A DNA stretch of 64,000 bases from an uncultured Desulfosarcina sp. (GCA_963674945.2 CAXXWQ010000004.1:2656001-2720000), one strand, 5' to 3'. Positions 40,405 through 50,280 are shown, counted from the first letter of the stretch. The notes: generated by a model from the sequence alone, not told the origin. Program-made: numbers and translations.

Positions 40405-40448
40405 AAATATAGAATACGATGTAGTATGCTACATCGTATTCTATATTT
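40405..40448. promoter_or_regulatory. Palindrome with perfect 20-bp arms, probable MarR operator
   Basis: aaatatagaatacgatgtag-tatg-ctacatcgtattctatattt immediately upstream of marR. Confidence 0.7.
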
Positions 40449-40652
40449 CTATATCTTTTTTGTTCGTTCTGTCAAGGTGTAAAGCGTAGAAGGACAGGGG
40501 GATCAATCGTGAATCAATAATAAAATTCCATGAAATTAGAATTATATTGAAGACGCCTGGAAAGCCAAACATGAACCCTGCGATCCGACACCGTGGGAGG
40601 AATTGAAAAAGGAGCCTGAGCGTTGAGCTCTCCCATATATCGATACTATTTT

Positions 40653-41072
40653 TCAGTCTGTAACAACCACATCGACTCTGAATTGATCTAATGGTTCTTC
40701 TCCGAAGGATCTGTGGTATTCAAGCAGTATCGCACCTGTGCCCGTATGACTGGCGATGAAGGAAAGCTGCTCTACCCCTCCACAACCATCTAATCCGGCG
40801 CACTCTTCATCTTCGATAAAATTGGATTCACCATCCTGATTTATAAAAGTGCCGTCGGTATTTGCATGTTCCCAATGATATCCAGTTGACGGATTGGATG
40901 GAAGTTCGATAATAATTTTTTCCGTGATATCAAGTTCCAATGTAATACCGTTGTCCTCTTCATATAGCAGGACGGAATAATCATCCTGTGGTTCCGTATT
41001 GCTATCTGAACATCCGAACAGATAAAGAAACAAGCTCAAAATGATTGCAGGCACTAAAAATCTCATTTTCAT
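40653..41072 (-). CDS. Protease inhibitor I42 (chagasin) family lipoprotein
   Basis: Lipobox LFGC, LPSNPSTGYHW, GCGG, LEYHRSF; AAGGAGG RBS. Confidence 0.85.
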   Translation of the reverse strand: MKMRFLVPAIILSLFLYLFGCSDSNTEPQDDYSVLLYEEDNGITLELDITEKIIIELPSNPSTGYHWEHANTDGTFINQDGESNFIEDEECAGLDGCGGVEQLSFIASHTGTGAILLEYHRSFGEEPLDQFRVDVVVTD

Positions 41073-41095
41073 TTCAGTAGCCTCCTTGATTTGAG

Positions 41096-41155
41096 TCAAA
41101 ATGGTACGAATCAGACGTGCGGTCTTTTGCATCGGCTGAATTAGCCCTTTTAGAT
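41096..41155 (-). mobile_element. Degenerate integron attC site
   Basis: ATCTAAA-AGGGC-TAAT[T]CAGCCG[A]TGC...GCACGTCTGATT-CGTACC-ATTTTGA: hairpin with two extrahelical bases on the R'' arm, core sites mutated. Confidence 0.65.
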
Positions 41156-41431
41156 GATTCTATTCTTTTAAAAGTGTCGTCGTATTTTGAAAGGATCGCA
41201 AGAACGTTGTCTGGGCCAATTATCAAAATAGCTGAGATCATGAGTTTTATTAATGGACCTATCAGATACGTCCACCTGTTTTGAACTGTCCGTAAATCTT
41301 TCTATATTTCATTAATATCCCTATAGTAGAGCCCCACATCTATGGACAATTGTATAAATCAATACTCAACAACCTCAGGCACAGTATAACAAAGTCTTTA
41401 TTTTTCATGTGTCACATTTCTTTTTAAGGAC

Positions 41432-41512
41432 ATCTAACGGGCTTCGGACTTCGCATATAGCGACCTGATATTAAATGGGGTCGCCTATCCCCAAAACATA
41501 AAGCCATTGCAG
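41432..41512 (-). mobile_element. Degenerate attC-like site
   Basis: R' GTTAGAT (41432-41438) complements the R'' of the downstream site; inner hairpin atagcgacc/ggtcgcctat, outer ggctt/aagcc. Confidence 0.45.
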
Positions 41513-41701
41513 CCATCGCCGTCTATCTTTTGCAAATTTAAGAAAAAATTCCCGTTTATGGCAACCGATGAGTAATGTGCCAAATTTGTCCGGGGATGCA
41601 GTGTCTTTCAGCCCTTGCCATGGCTATATCGCTGTTTTTGGCCTTAAAAAGTGCAATATAAGTCTACTTCCTCGATCAATTTTTCGTATATTCGCTATAT
41701 A

Positions 41702-41763
41702 TTCTAACGGTTCGTGCGACCCGATTCCATTTATAGTACATCCACTCAAGCGCCTTGTTCGAA
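41702..41763 (-). mobile_element. attC-like site closing the NACHT cassette (probably chimeric)
   Basis: TTCGAAC-AAGGC-GCTTGAGTGGA...GTTAGAA; contains the NACHT stop codon; the two arms do not pair well. Confidence 0.55.
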
Positions 41764-44307
41764 ATAAATATTTATTTTGTCTTTAAACTCTTCAGGTATA
41801 AATTTTTGGAAAAATGGAGATAGGTTAAGGGAAATTTTTCCGTGGTCTGAAAAATTGACAATATCATCCCGATAAGCTGTATTAAGTTTTACGACATCAC
41901 CAGGGCCTGTCTTTGATTTTGCAACGACCAATAGAATTTTCTTTTGTTTAAGAAAGTCAACAAAATCATGTGCAAATCTACGTTGTTCCGATTTAGTACC
42001 TTTAGCAAGTGAAACATCTTGATGAGTTCCAGCTATCCTTCTTACAATGGTTTTTGTAACCTCTCTTGCTGCCTCATACCATGCTTGACCTAATAGAGGA
42101 TTTAAGCTTGACTGATTATTAACACTTGATCCTTTTGTAAAAAGCCACTGTGAGGCATCATTTCCAGACAAAATTGCCGTAGTTTTTTTTTCATATTCAT
42201 CAAATACAAATATAGACACAATCTCTGATTCCTTGAAATCACATCCTTTAAGTATTGCTTCATCAAGAGTTACTTGTTCAAGAATACAATCGATGAATTT
42301 GGAATTACGTAAATCTGATTTTCTGAAGTCAGTACCAAAAGCAATGCAATCTTTGAAAATAGAATTACTGAGATTAAGTCCTGAGAAATCAATGTCGCCA
42401 ATATCGATTCCCTCAATTGATACAGGCTTTCCAAGTAATGTTAGGTTTGCAGGGTCTTTTCGAATCAATCCAAAAACTAATTTAAAGAATGATTCTTTGA
42501 GAGATGAAGAATGAATCTCACTAAATTTATCACGCAACAATTCAATCAATTCAGGCTTGAATTCGCATAATCCACTAAAAAAATCAGCAACTACATCTGT
42601 AACAATTACGTCATCAATATTTATATATGTACGGTCATTAAGAAGCACATCGGCAAACGATTCTGCAACAAGAAATTCTCTCAAACTATTGTGAGAGAAA
42701 CCAACATTTGAATCGACATCATCTTCATCAATAGGTGCATCAACCATTCCAGAAGTGTCTTTGAATTGACCTTCTGTAGTCAGCCCAGAGTGTCTTCTGC
42801 AAGTTCGGTAGTAGTTCTCGAGTAACTGCGAAGGAGTATCGCTTCTTCTTATTTCCCTACTAAATACTTTATTCACAAGGTTTTTTATTTCCTTTGGCGA
42901 TGCAAAAAATGCACCCTCTTTCCTCTGTAAATAAATTGCAAACTGTCTGAGCCAAATAAGACGCTGACCAGTGGATAATATGCCAATACCTTGATCTCTA
43001 TAAAGTAAATTATATAATACAATCTCAAAAATTTTCGACTCATTAAGGTTGTTAATGTCTTCCGGAAGAAGAGGGTAACCTTCTATAGTTTTTGTCTCTC
43101 TATTTTCGGAAAGTGTTGTTGCTACTGTTGTTAGCAACCTGGCAATAACCGCTTTTTGTGATATGTTTTCTAAATTCTGAAATTGTTCGAATAAATTTAT
43201 AAGTTTTTTGTAAGCCTCACTATGCGCCCCTAAAACAGTTGAAAAGAGATTCAACCTTTGCTCATTTGTTAAATCTTGAATACGTGAGAATTGTATTCTT
43301 TCAAGGCGTTGCTTGATAGTCACTGATAAAGAAGATAGGTTTAAATGTTTCTCCTCATCTAAAGGATGCCATTCTATGTTTCCGTCTTTTTCTACAACAA
43401 GTAATCTTTCTGCTCGACCTTCAAAATAATTTGGTCGAGATGTCATTATTGTCTTCGATTTTTTTGAAATTCCAGATAAAAGCTCATTCAAATTAGATCT
43501 AATGTCATTCCTATTGAGATGTTGCGCCATTTCATCAAACGAATCTAGCAGAAAAAGAATCTTTCCTTCCAGCATTAACCATTCAAAAGCTTTATAATAT
43601 ACACCGCCTAATCCATAGTTTTGAAAACATCGTAAAATTAAATTTTGGAAATCGAATGATTTTGTAAAACTTTGCAGTGGGATAAAGAATGGCAATAGGT
43701 TGTTACTAGGGTTTTCTTTGTATTTTTCAACTCTATAATAGAGATATCGTTTTAAAGTCCACGATTTACCGACCCCATAATCCCCTAATATTGTCAACCA
43801 ATGAGAATCATTTTCAATCCATTTATCTAAAAATTTAATTGATTTATCAATTGATTTTTTATTGCCCTCGAAATGCATTTTATTGGGCTGGTATTCTTTT
43901 AAAATTACATCTCTTGAACTGTCATTTTCAATAGCGTCAATGTACTTATGGAAATTAATCAGTCTGCTTCTTAGTTCATCAATTGAGAAAATATCAATTC
44001 CTGAGTCAATTGCTAAGCCATATGCTTCAGGTGAATAACCATTACGTGAAACATGGGTGAGCACTGCACGTTCTTTTAGGTGGTCTCTGGCTGCAGATAG
44101 TTTATTTATATCTGTTTGCAGCTTATCTACCCCAACAGGTTTTTCGTAGTCAGCACACTCTATCAAAACAGTTTTGGGTATAATATTTTGTAGTTCAACG
44201 GCATAAACATCAATTTCGCGGTGGTTAACTTTTACGCTAGTTTTTACTGAATACCCACTAATTGAGAAGAGTTCTGAAACTTCCCTTACCAGATCGGTTT
44301 TATCCAT
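41746..44307 (-). CDS. Restriction-endonuclease-like, NACHT NTPase and pentapeptide-repeat protein (bacterial NLR-like)
   Basis: EIDV...VLIECAD N-domain; Walker A GDYGVGKS; Walker B FLLDSFDEM; TSRPNYF; FSHNSLREFL; pentapeptide repeats (DFSGLNLSNSIF, TDFRKSDLRNSKF); AT-rich. Confidence 0.88.
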   Translation of the reverse strand: MDKTDLVREVSELFSISGYSVKTSVKVNHREIDVYAVELQNIIPKTVLIECADYEKPVGVDKLQTDINKLSAARDHLKERAVLTHVSRNGYSPEAYGLAIDSGIDIFSIDELRSRLINFHKYIDAIENDSSRDVILKEYQPNKMHFEGNKKSIDKSIKFLDKWIENDSHWLTILGDYGVGKSWTLKRYLYYRVEKYKENPSNNLLPFFIPLQSFTKSFDFQNLILRCFQNYGLGGVYYKAFEWLMLEGKILFLLDSFDEMAQHLNRNDIRSNLNELLSGISKKSKTIMTSRPNYFEGRAERLLVVEKDGNIEWHPLDEEKHLNLSSLSVTIKQRLERIQFSRIQDLTNEQRLNLFSTVLGAHSEAYKKLINLFEQFQNLENISQKAVIARLLTTVATTLSENRETKTIEGYPLLPEDINNLNESKIFEIVLYNLLYRDQGIGILSTGQRLIWLRQFAIYLQRKEGAFFASPKEIKNLVNKVFSREIRRSDTPSQLLENYYRTCRRHSGLTTEGQFKDTSGMVDAPIDEDDVDSNVGFSHNSLREFLVAESFADVLLNDRTYINIDDVIVTDVVADFFSGLCEFKPELIELLRDKFSEIHSSSLKESFFKLVFGLIRKDPANLTLLGKPVSIEGIDIGDIDFSGLNLSNSIFKDCIAFGTDFRKSDLRNSKFIDCILEQVTLDEAILKGCDFKESEIVSIFVFDEYEKKTTAILSGNDASQWLFTKGSSVNNQSSLNPLLGQAWYEAAREVTKTIVRRIAGTHQDVSLAKGTKSEQRRFAHDFVDFLKQKKILLVVAKSKTGPGDVVKLNTAYRDDIVNFSDHGKISLNLSPFFQKFIPEEFKDKINIYFEQGA

Positions 44308-44318
44308 ATTCTTTACCT

Positions 44319-44380
44319 TTCGAACACGATGTTCCAGTGGCGGCATTCTCCTCACCGTTCCACGGACAAACACGTTATAT
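44319..44380. mobile_element. attC-like site directly upstream of the NACHT gene
   Basis: TTCGAAC-ACGAT-GTTCCAGTGGCGG...CCGTTCCACGGAC-AAACAC-GTTATAT, 62-bp imperfect palindrome; orientation ambiguous. Confidence 0.65.
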
Positions 44381-44559
44381 AAGGTTTTAATGAATTAGAG
44401 CCATGGGTAGCACTTATCTCTATATTTTACCCATTCGGCAATTTCATGCTTTTTTTTCAGGTTACTGATTATATTATATCTTTGAAATTGTAACAAAAAA
44501 TCTAATTTCTTACACACTTCAAATCATCACATTCCCAACAACCGCTAAGGTTCATTTCT

Positions 44560-44796
44560 TTAAAACACTTTAATATTTTTGTAAGTGCAGCCATAATCAT
44601 CACCACCTACTCCACGAGGTGTGGCACAGTTAATTCCTGCAATTGCCTTTAAGGAGGCGATCAATAAATTGAAATTTTCGAATTCATTCAGCAATTCGTT
44701 AGCTAAATCCGAGTCTCTACACTTGTATCGAATGCAATCCCCACAAGAATGGCCACAATATCCTGTAAGTTCTTTTTCTATCATCGATTTTTCCAT
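44560..44796 (-). pseudogene. Degenerate DUF3795-like gene
   Basis: YCGHSCGDC N-terminal motif; remainder short and decayed. Confidence 0.5.
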
Positions 44797-45128
44797 ACAA
44801 CATAGTATAGACGATCCTAAATATCACCTTACAAGACGACCATTTTGCAAACGCAAATCGAATCAGACAACCCTTTGTCCGTTTACTAATTTCCATATAA
44901 TAAAATCAGGAACATACGCACACCCCAATATTTTAATAGAACCTTATGGTTCTCTTCGGAGCTATTAAAAATTCGAACCGCCGATGGATCAACTGGCTTT
45001 GGATTGCTTACCAAATGTATCGGCTTATGCCTTCAATGGCATAAGGAAAAAATAAAAACATAATTCGTGCTATTGATACGTGGTAAGAACTAATAGCGTA
45101 GTCAGGCTGGATTTGGCAATAAAAATCG
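44795..45128 (-). repeat. Non-coding ~300-bp module, copy 1 (attI-like end)
   Basis: Colinear similarity with 49953-50280 and 51370-51497. Confidence 0.75.
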
Positions 45129-45296
45129 ATTGTTTTCCGTATTTTTGGCGGCAACTTACCAACGTCAAGATGCACAAGGGCCGTTCTTTCCAGGCTAAAG
45201 TCGCAGACCGGTAGCGCCGATACTCATCTGGAGAATATACTGTTCGATGTCCATCCGAATAAAATACAAATGAAGCGAAATGCAGGAGGTTCGTTG

Positions 45297-48200
45297 ATGA
45301 AAAGACTCTTGGTGTGTGTGCAATTTATCTGCCTGGTTTTCTCCTTATTCAACTGTGCTACGGTAAACAACACCTCTGATCGTACCGGTGCGAACACGGA
45401 TATGAAAGCTTCACGCGCCTACGGCAGTATAGCGACCCAGACCGAAGCGCCGACGCCTCCCAAGCGTGATGTCGAGTTTGTCGTTCAGGTGATGGAATCA
45501 TCCTCTCCCATATGCTTTAGCCCCGATGGCCGATTTCTCGTGACCATCAGCATTGACAAAAAGAGCCTGCAGCTTTGGCAGGTTTCCACCGGCCGGCTGG
45601 TGCGGACATTTGCACCGGACCGGACATTCATCGAAAAAGTCGTTTACGACCCTACCGGGAAATATCTTCTGGTGGTCAACCTGAGCCACGATATTCGGCT
45701 TGTGGAGGTAACATCCGGCAAAACCATTGGATTTCTCGATGCCGAACGCTCGGGGGCAAGGGTTGTTTACGCCGGTTTTACCGGCGACGGCCGCCATGTG
45801 CTAATCAAACGGGATCCCGAAGCCCAGGGTGTCGTCGTGTCGGAAAGGAGCATGTTCAGGCCCGAGCAAAACTCGCCCCGTCTTTTTGACGTTCAAGATG
45901 GCACCGAGGTAAAAAATTACATGATTGCCGACATGACGGAAAAAGAGCGCTGCGTTCTCACCTCGGACGGCCGCCGTTTTCTTGCCGAGGTGGGGCACAG
46001 TCAATTCAAACGGACCTTTCGTCTGGAGTGGTTCGATGTAGAAACCGGTCACAGTGCAGGACGGGTGCCGCTTGAAAAGGGTTACCGCTTCGACGGCCTC
46101 ACCTTCGCGGTAAGTCCCGATGCACGTTATCTGGTAACCAATCGTTCGGACTTCACCGAAAATAAAATCGTTTACCAGCTGCAAATCGTCGACCTCGAGA
46201 CCGGAAGCATACGCCTGCAAAAGATATCCGGCTTCCTGAATTTCGTACAATTCAGCCCGGACGGCCGTTATCTGTTCTATAAATCCATTGGAGATGAAAT
46301 CCATATGATGGAAATCGCCAGTGGTGACGAGATACGAACATTCGAAAAAACAAACTATACTGAATGCTTCGCCGTATCCCCCGGGGGCAATTTGATCGCC
46401 TACACCACAACCGATGACTTTTTCTCCTTTTTCCTTGAAGATTTCGCCGATACCAGAACAATCCGTACCATCGGCGGCCTGCATCCCATCTTAAGTGAAG
46501 CCGACCTGTATTTCGTTCCCGGCGAAAAGGCCATTTTATCTCAGTCCATTGGTCATCCGTTGAACCTTACCACCGGTGAAGCCGAATCAATGGAGGAAAG
46601 CAAAATGAGCCCATTTCGCTTTAGCGGCGACGGCCGCCGCGCAATCATGATGGAATGGGACGATGAGAAATATCAAACGCTGGGGGAGAACAACACACCG
46701 GAAATGGCGCTGCACGAATGGCCGAGCAGGAAACGAATCAAGACCCTGCCATCAAAAAAGGGATTCTTGAGGGATCTGAGCCACGACGGCCGTGTGGCCT
46801 TGTGGGGCGAAGTGACCAGCATGGAGACGAAGGTATGGCATCTCGAAGAATCCGACGAGCTGGTCAAACTGCAGGATTACCCTGTGAGTCACGCCTGGCG
46901 ACAGACTTCCAATACGGCCATCAGCCCCGATGGCACAAAGGTGGCGGCAGCCTTTGCCGAAGGCATTGGTGATAAGGGCTGCGTCTATGTATGGGATTCG
47001 CAAAACGGCGCAAAGATTCAAACATTTAATTACCGGAAAGGAATTTTGTCTTTCGACAGTTACAACATCAGCCGTGTCGCCTTCAGCCCGGACAACCGGA
47101 CGCTGGTCGTGGGCCTTACCTTTCAAACCAATAAGTATGAAGGTAAATCGGGAACCTGGCTGTTTGGTTACAATTACTGGCGAACTTTGGAAAAACACGC
47201 TATCGACGTTTATACGATCGACAATGGTTACAAAAAGCGCACTATCGATGGAATCGGGGCACCCGTGACCGATTTTGCCTTCAGCCCGGATGGGGACTAT
47301 CTTTTCAGTGGGGCCACCGATGGGGTGATTACCCGCTGGGAATTGAAATCGGGCCGGCGGACCGGCAGCTATTTCACGCCATCGAGCGTCAAAGGGCTCG
47401 CCATCAGTCCGGACGGGCGCCACATGCTGGTACAGGGGTTTGCGACGTCCTATTGGGAAGTCGAATCCGGCAAACATCTATTCAGTCATGTGCAAAAAAG
47501 TGACCCCCAAAATCCCCAACGATTTCTTTACCTGACATGGACGCCGGACGGCTATTATCGTGGCAGCGATTCCCTGGCCCGGGAGTATTGCCACCTGGTG
47601 CACGGGATGAAAACCTACGCCCTTGACCAGTTTTTCGAGCAGTTTTACAACCCGGCCATGATCGAGGCCAGGGTAAAAGGCTTTGAAATGGAGACCCTCG
47701 ATGTCACGAGGGTGTTACTCGACTCGCCGCCGCCCGTCGTCTCCTTCTCCAAACCAGTGATCGACAATACAGGCATTGCCACTTTCAGCGTAAATGCCCG
47801 CAGCACCGGTGGGGGGGTAAGCCAAATCAGACTCTTTCACAACGGCAAACGCATTGGTGACGGAAGCCTTGAACCGGTCAAACAGTTTCAGCTTTCGGAA
47901 AACGGCCAGGGTATCCGCGATCGGGGCATTTTTATCTCCACAGCCGCCACGGCACCCCGACCAGACCTGCCGGATGCAACCGCCCCCGTAAGCGACGACA
48001 TGCGCAGGACCTTTGAGATCCAACTGCTGCCCGGAGAAAACCAGTTGCGGGCCAGTGCTTTTTCGGCGCAGATGATCGAATGCGAACCGGCAACAATAAC
48101 CCTGTTTCACAAGGGCAGCAGCAATTTGCCCCACCTGTATCTAATCTCTGTGGGCATCCATCAATACCAGCCCCCCATATCCCAACTGCCAATGGCCCGA

Positions 48201-48908
48201 AGGGACGCCGAAGGGTTTGTCCAGAAATTGACCCAAACGGCGCCGACGCTTTTCAGGAACTACAAGGTTGTTACGCTGTATGACACCAGCGCCACCCGTT
48301 CCGGAATCCTGAAAGCCATGACGGCGGTGGCGCAAAAGGCCAAGCCCGAAGATATGGTGGTCTTTTTCTTTGCCGGACACGGCACGGTTCTATCGGAAGA
48401 TGGCCGATTTTATCTGGTGGCCCAGGGTGTGCGCGACCTGGACCATGCGGACGGCGAAACGTCCATTTGCCAGGCAGGCGTGTCGGATTTGATGCTGGGA
48501 TCGGCGCTTCAGAAGATACCGGCCCTGAAACAGGTGGTATTCATGGACGCCTGCCAGTCGGGCGGCGCAGACTTCACGGACTCATTCCGCAATTCCGGCA
48601 GGGAGGTGGCCATCAAACGGATCGGGCGTAATGCGGGCACCTGGATTTTCTCAGCTGCCGGCAAGACCGAAAGCGCCTATGAAAACAGTGGATTGGGTCA
48701 TGGTCTTTTCACCTTCGCCCTCTTAGCCGGTCTGGATGGGAAAGCCGATGTAGTCCACAGCGACGGTACGATAACCCTATCCGAACTGGAATCCTTTATC
48801 GTGCAGGAAGTGTCCAGTCAGGCCAAAAAGATCGGCATCCAACAAAAACCGACTATCCAGCGTGGACTGAACGATTTTGCTTTTTCGGGAGGACATCACC
48901 AGAAGTGA
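45297..48908 (+). CDS. WD40-repeat and caspase-family (peptidase C14) lipoprotein
   Basis: Signal ending LFNC; many (F/I)SPDG repeats; FFFAGHG and MDACQSG His-Cys dyad; GHGLFTFALL. Confidence 0.9.
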   Translation: MKRLLVCVQFICLVFSLFNCATVNNTSDRTGANTDMKASRAYGSIATQTEAPTPPKRDVEFVVQVMESSSPICFSPDGRFLVTISIDKKSLQLWQVSTGRLVRTFAPDRTFIEKVVYDPTGKYLLVVNLSHDIRLVEVTSGKTIGFLDAERSGARVVYAGFTGDGRHVLIKRDPEAQGVVVSERSMFRPEQNSPRLFDVQDGTEVKNYMIADMTEKERCVLTSDGRRFLAEVGHSQFKRTFRLEWFDVETGHSAGRVPLEKGYRFDGLTFAVSPDARYLVTNRSDFTENKIVYQLQIVDLETGSIRLQKISGFLNFVQFSPDGRYLFYKSIGDEIHMMEIASGDEIRTFEKTNYTECFAVSPGGNLIAYTTTDDFFSFFLEDFADTRTIRTIGGLHPILSEADLYFVPGEKAILSQSIGHPLNLTTGEAESMEESKMSPFRFSGDGRRAIMMEWDDEKYQTLGENNTPEMALHEWPSRKRIKTLPSKKGFLRDLSHDGRVALWGEVTSMETKVWHLEESDELVKLQDYPVSHAWRQTSNTAISPDGTKVAAAFAEGIGDKGCVYVWDSQNGAKIQTFNYRKGILSFDSYNISRVAFSPDNRTLVVGLTFQTNKYEGKSGTWLFGYNYWRTLEKHAIDVYTIDNGYKKRTIDGIGAPVTDFAFSPDGDYLFSGATDGVITRWELKSGRRTGSYFTPSSVKGLAISPDGRHMLVQGFATSYWEVESGKHLFSHVQKSDPQNPQRFLYLTWTPDGYYRGSDSLAREYCHLVHGMKTYALDQFFEQFYNPAMIEARVKGFEMETLDVTRVLLDSPPPVVSFSKPVIDNTGIATFSVNARSTGGGVSQIRLFHNGKRIGDGSLEPVKQFQLSENGQGIRDRGIFISTAATAPRPDLPDATAPVSDDMRRTFEIQLLPGENQLRASAFSAQMIECEPATITLFHKGSSNLPHLYLISVGIHQYQPPISQLPMARRDAEGFVQKLTQTAPTLFRNYKVVTLYDTSATRSGILKAMTAVAQKAKPEDMVVFFFAGHGTVLSEDGRFYLVAQGVRDLDHADGETSICQAGVSDLMLGSALQKIPALKQVVFMDACQSGGADFTDSFRNSGREVAIKRIGRNAGTWIFSAAGKTESAYENSGLGHGLFTFALLAGLDGKADVVHSDGTITLSELESFIVQEVSSQAKKIGIQQKPTIQRGLNDFAFSGGHHQK

Positions 48909-48957
48909 ACAACACATAGGAAGCTTTCCGGAACGAGTGTGGTCAGACAACGAAATG

Positions 48958-49023
48958 GAATCGATGTACGATCACATCATCCATGGACATCCACGATGTC
49001 TTTGTCCTCGCTGAAGAGAGTAA
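48958..49023. repeat. Direct repeat of the 3' end of the Lrp/AsnC gene
   Basis: 48 identical nt, 48976-49023 = 50358-50405, with similarity extending about 18 nt further left. Confidence 0.92.
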
Positions 49024-49094
49024 CGGAGATTTAAAAATCACGACGAACGCAATCAGGGGCAATCGGGATTTTCAGCAACTTCATCGATATTGTT

Positions 49095-49913
49095 TTATGG
49101 TAGCGAAATATAGAATTTTTTACCCCACTGATCTCTATAGATACTGTTACACCAATGTAAAAAGTCAACTTTATCTTTATTGGTTTGAGTGTAATCATTC
49201 TTTTTAATCGTCAAGTCAAACTTATTTTGATTAACAATTAATAAGCTAGAACCATTTATGAATGCATCCCACAACATTACTGCTTCAAAGAAATCATCTT
49301 TTAAAAGATTATTGGTAGAATTCCAGCCTTCTACTTGCTTTTTTCCATCGTTGAATATTGGCGTTATTTTCTCTAAATTCGAAAATAGTAACGTTTGCAC
49401 GTCTACCCGTTGATTGGTTGCGTCCAAGTATATGAGGTTATAGTCTGGATCATGTGCTTCCCATTTTTTAGTATCTTCATTATAAACATTTAAGAATGTA
49501 TGACTTTGAAATGTATCTTTATTGTCTGTGTATATTTGCACCATATATGATTTAATCCCTATTAATCGTAATATTCGCATCATGCTTCTAGATCTTGGTC
49601 CACATGTCATTCGAGGTCTATCTTTAGACTTGTTTTTGTGGACTAGTATCATATTTTTTATCATTAAGTCAGTGTTCCATTTCTGCTGATCAAATGGCTC
49701 TTTATGTTCGGAATTATTGTAAACAAACTGCCTGACCTGATCAATCATAGCAGTCACAGTGATGTCCTGATTTTTAAATTTCTTTATCAAAAAAGATTGC
49801 TCTGATTCTGTCAACTGACTCATCTTGGCATTGCAAGGTAGGCATACCGATACACCAGTAATTAAAACCAATGTAAATAAAAAGACTTTTTTTTCAATTC
49901 TAAACATAAGCAT
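49095..49913 (-). CDS. AT-rich exported protein with transglutaminase-like Cys-His-Asp motifs
   Basis: Signal peptide; MTCGPRS, SHTFLNV, WEAHDPDYN. Confidence 0.7.
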   Translation of the reverse strand: MLMFRIEKKVFLFTLVLITGVSVCLPCNAKMSQLTESEQSFLIKKFKNQDITVTAMIDQVRQFVYNNSEHKEPFDQQKWNTDLMIKNMILVHKNKSKDRPRMTCGPRSRSMMRILRLIGIKSYMVQIYTDNKDTFQSHTFLNVYNEDTKKWEAHDPDYNLIYLDATNQRVDVQTLLFSNLEKITPIFNDGKKQVEGWNSTNNLLKDDFFEAVMLWDAFINGSSLLIVNQNKFDLTIKKNDYTQTNKDKVDFLHWCNSIYRDQWGKKFYISLP

Positions 49914-49952
49914 AACTCTTATTTTTCAATTAAGTTTAATCGTTTTTTTTCA

Positions 49953-50280
49953 GTCCTACTAGTTTAGACGCCCCAATTGTCACCTTATAATACGACCATT
50001 TGCAGACGAAATCGGATTGGACAATCAATTCGCCATCTAATCCCTTTATTGTGGGGAATTGGGCGACTTTTTAACCGTCTAATAATTTCCACATTATTAA
50101 CGATTTTGAAGATCAGGCAGCAACATACACACTCAATGTCCAAAAAAACTCTAATCCTCAATTCGATGCTATTTAAAAACTCGAATCACCAATGGACCAA
50201 TGAGATTTGGATTGCTTACAAAGCATATCGGCTTATGCCTTCTGCGACATAAGAAAAAAAGAATTCGTTCTATTGATAAT
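49953..50280 (-). repeat. Non-coding module, copy 2
   Basis: tcacctta..a.acgaccattt, tttggattgcttac, tatcggcttatgccttc, aattcgt.ctattgata shared with copy 1. Confidence 0.75.

Noticed and set aside
44533..44560. Possible attC right half (ATGAACCTTAGCGGTTGTTGGG on the minus strand)
   Set aside because: No matching left arm found
44993..45009. TGGC...TTGC as a sigma-54 promoter in the repeated module
   Set aside because: Spacing is one base short and the GG is not kept in copy 2
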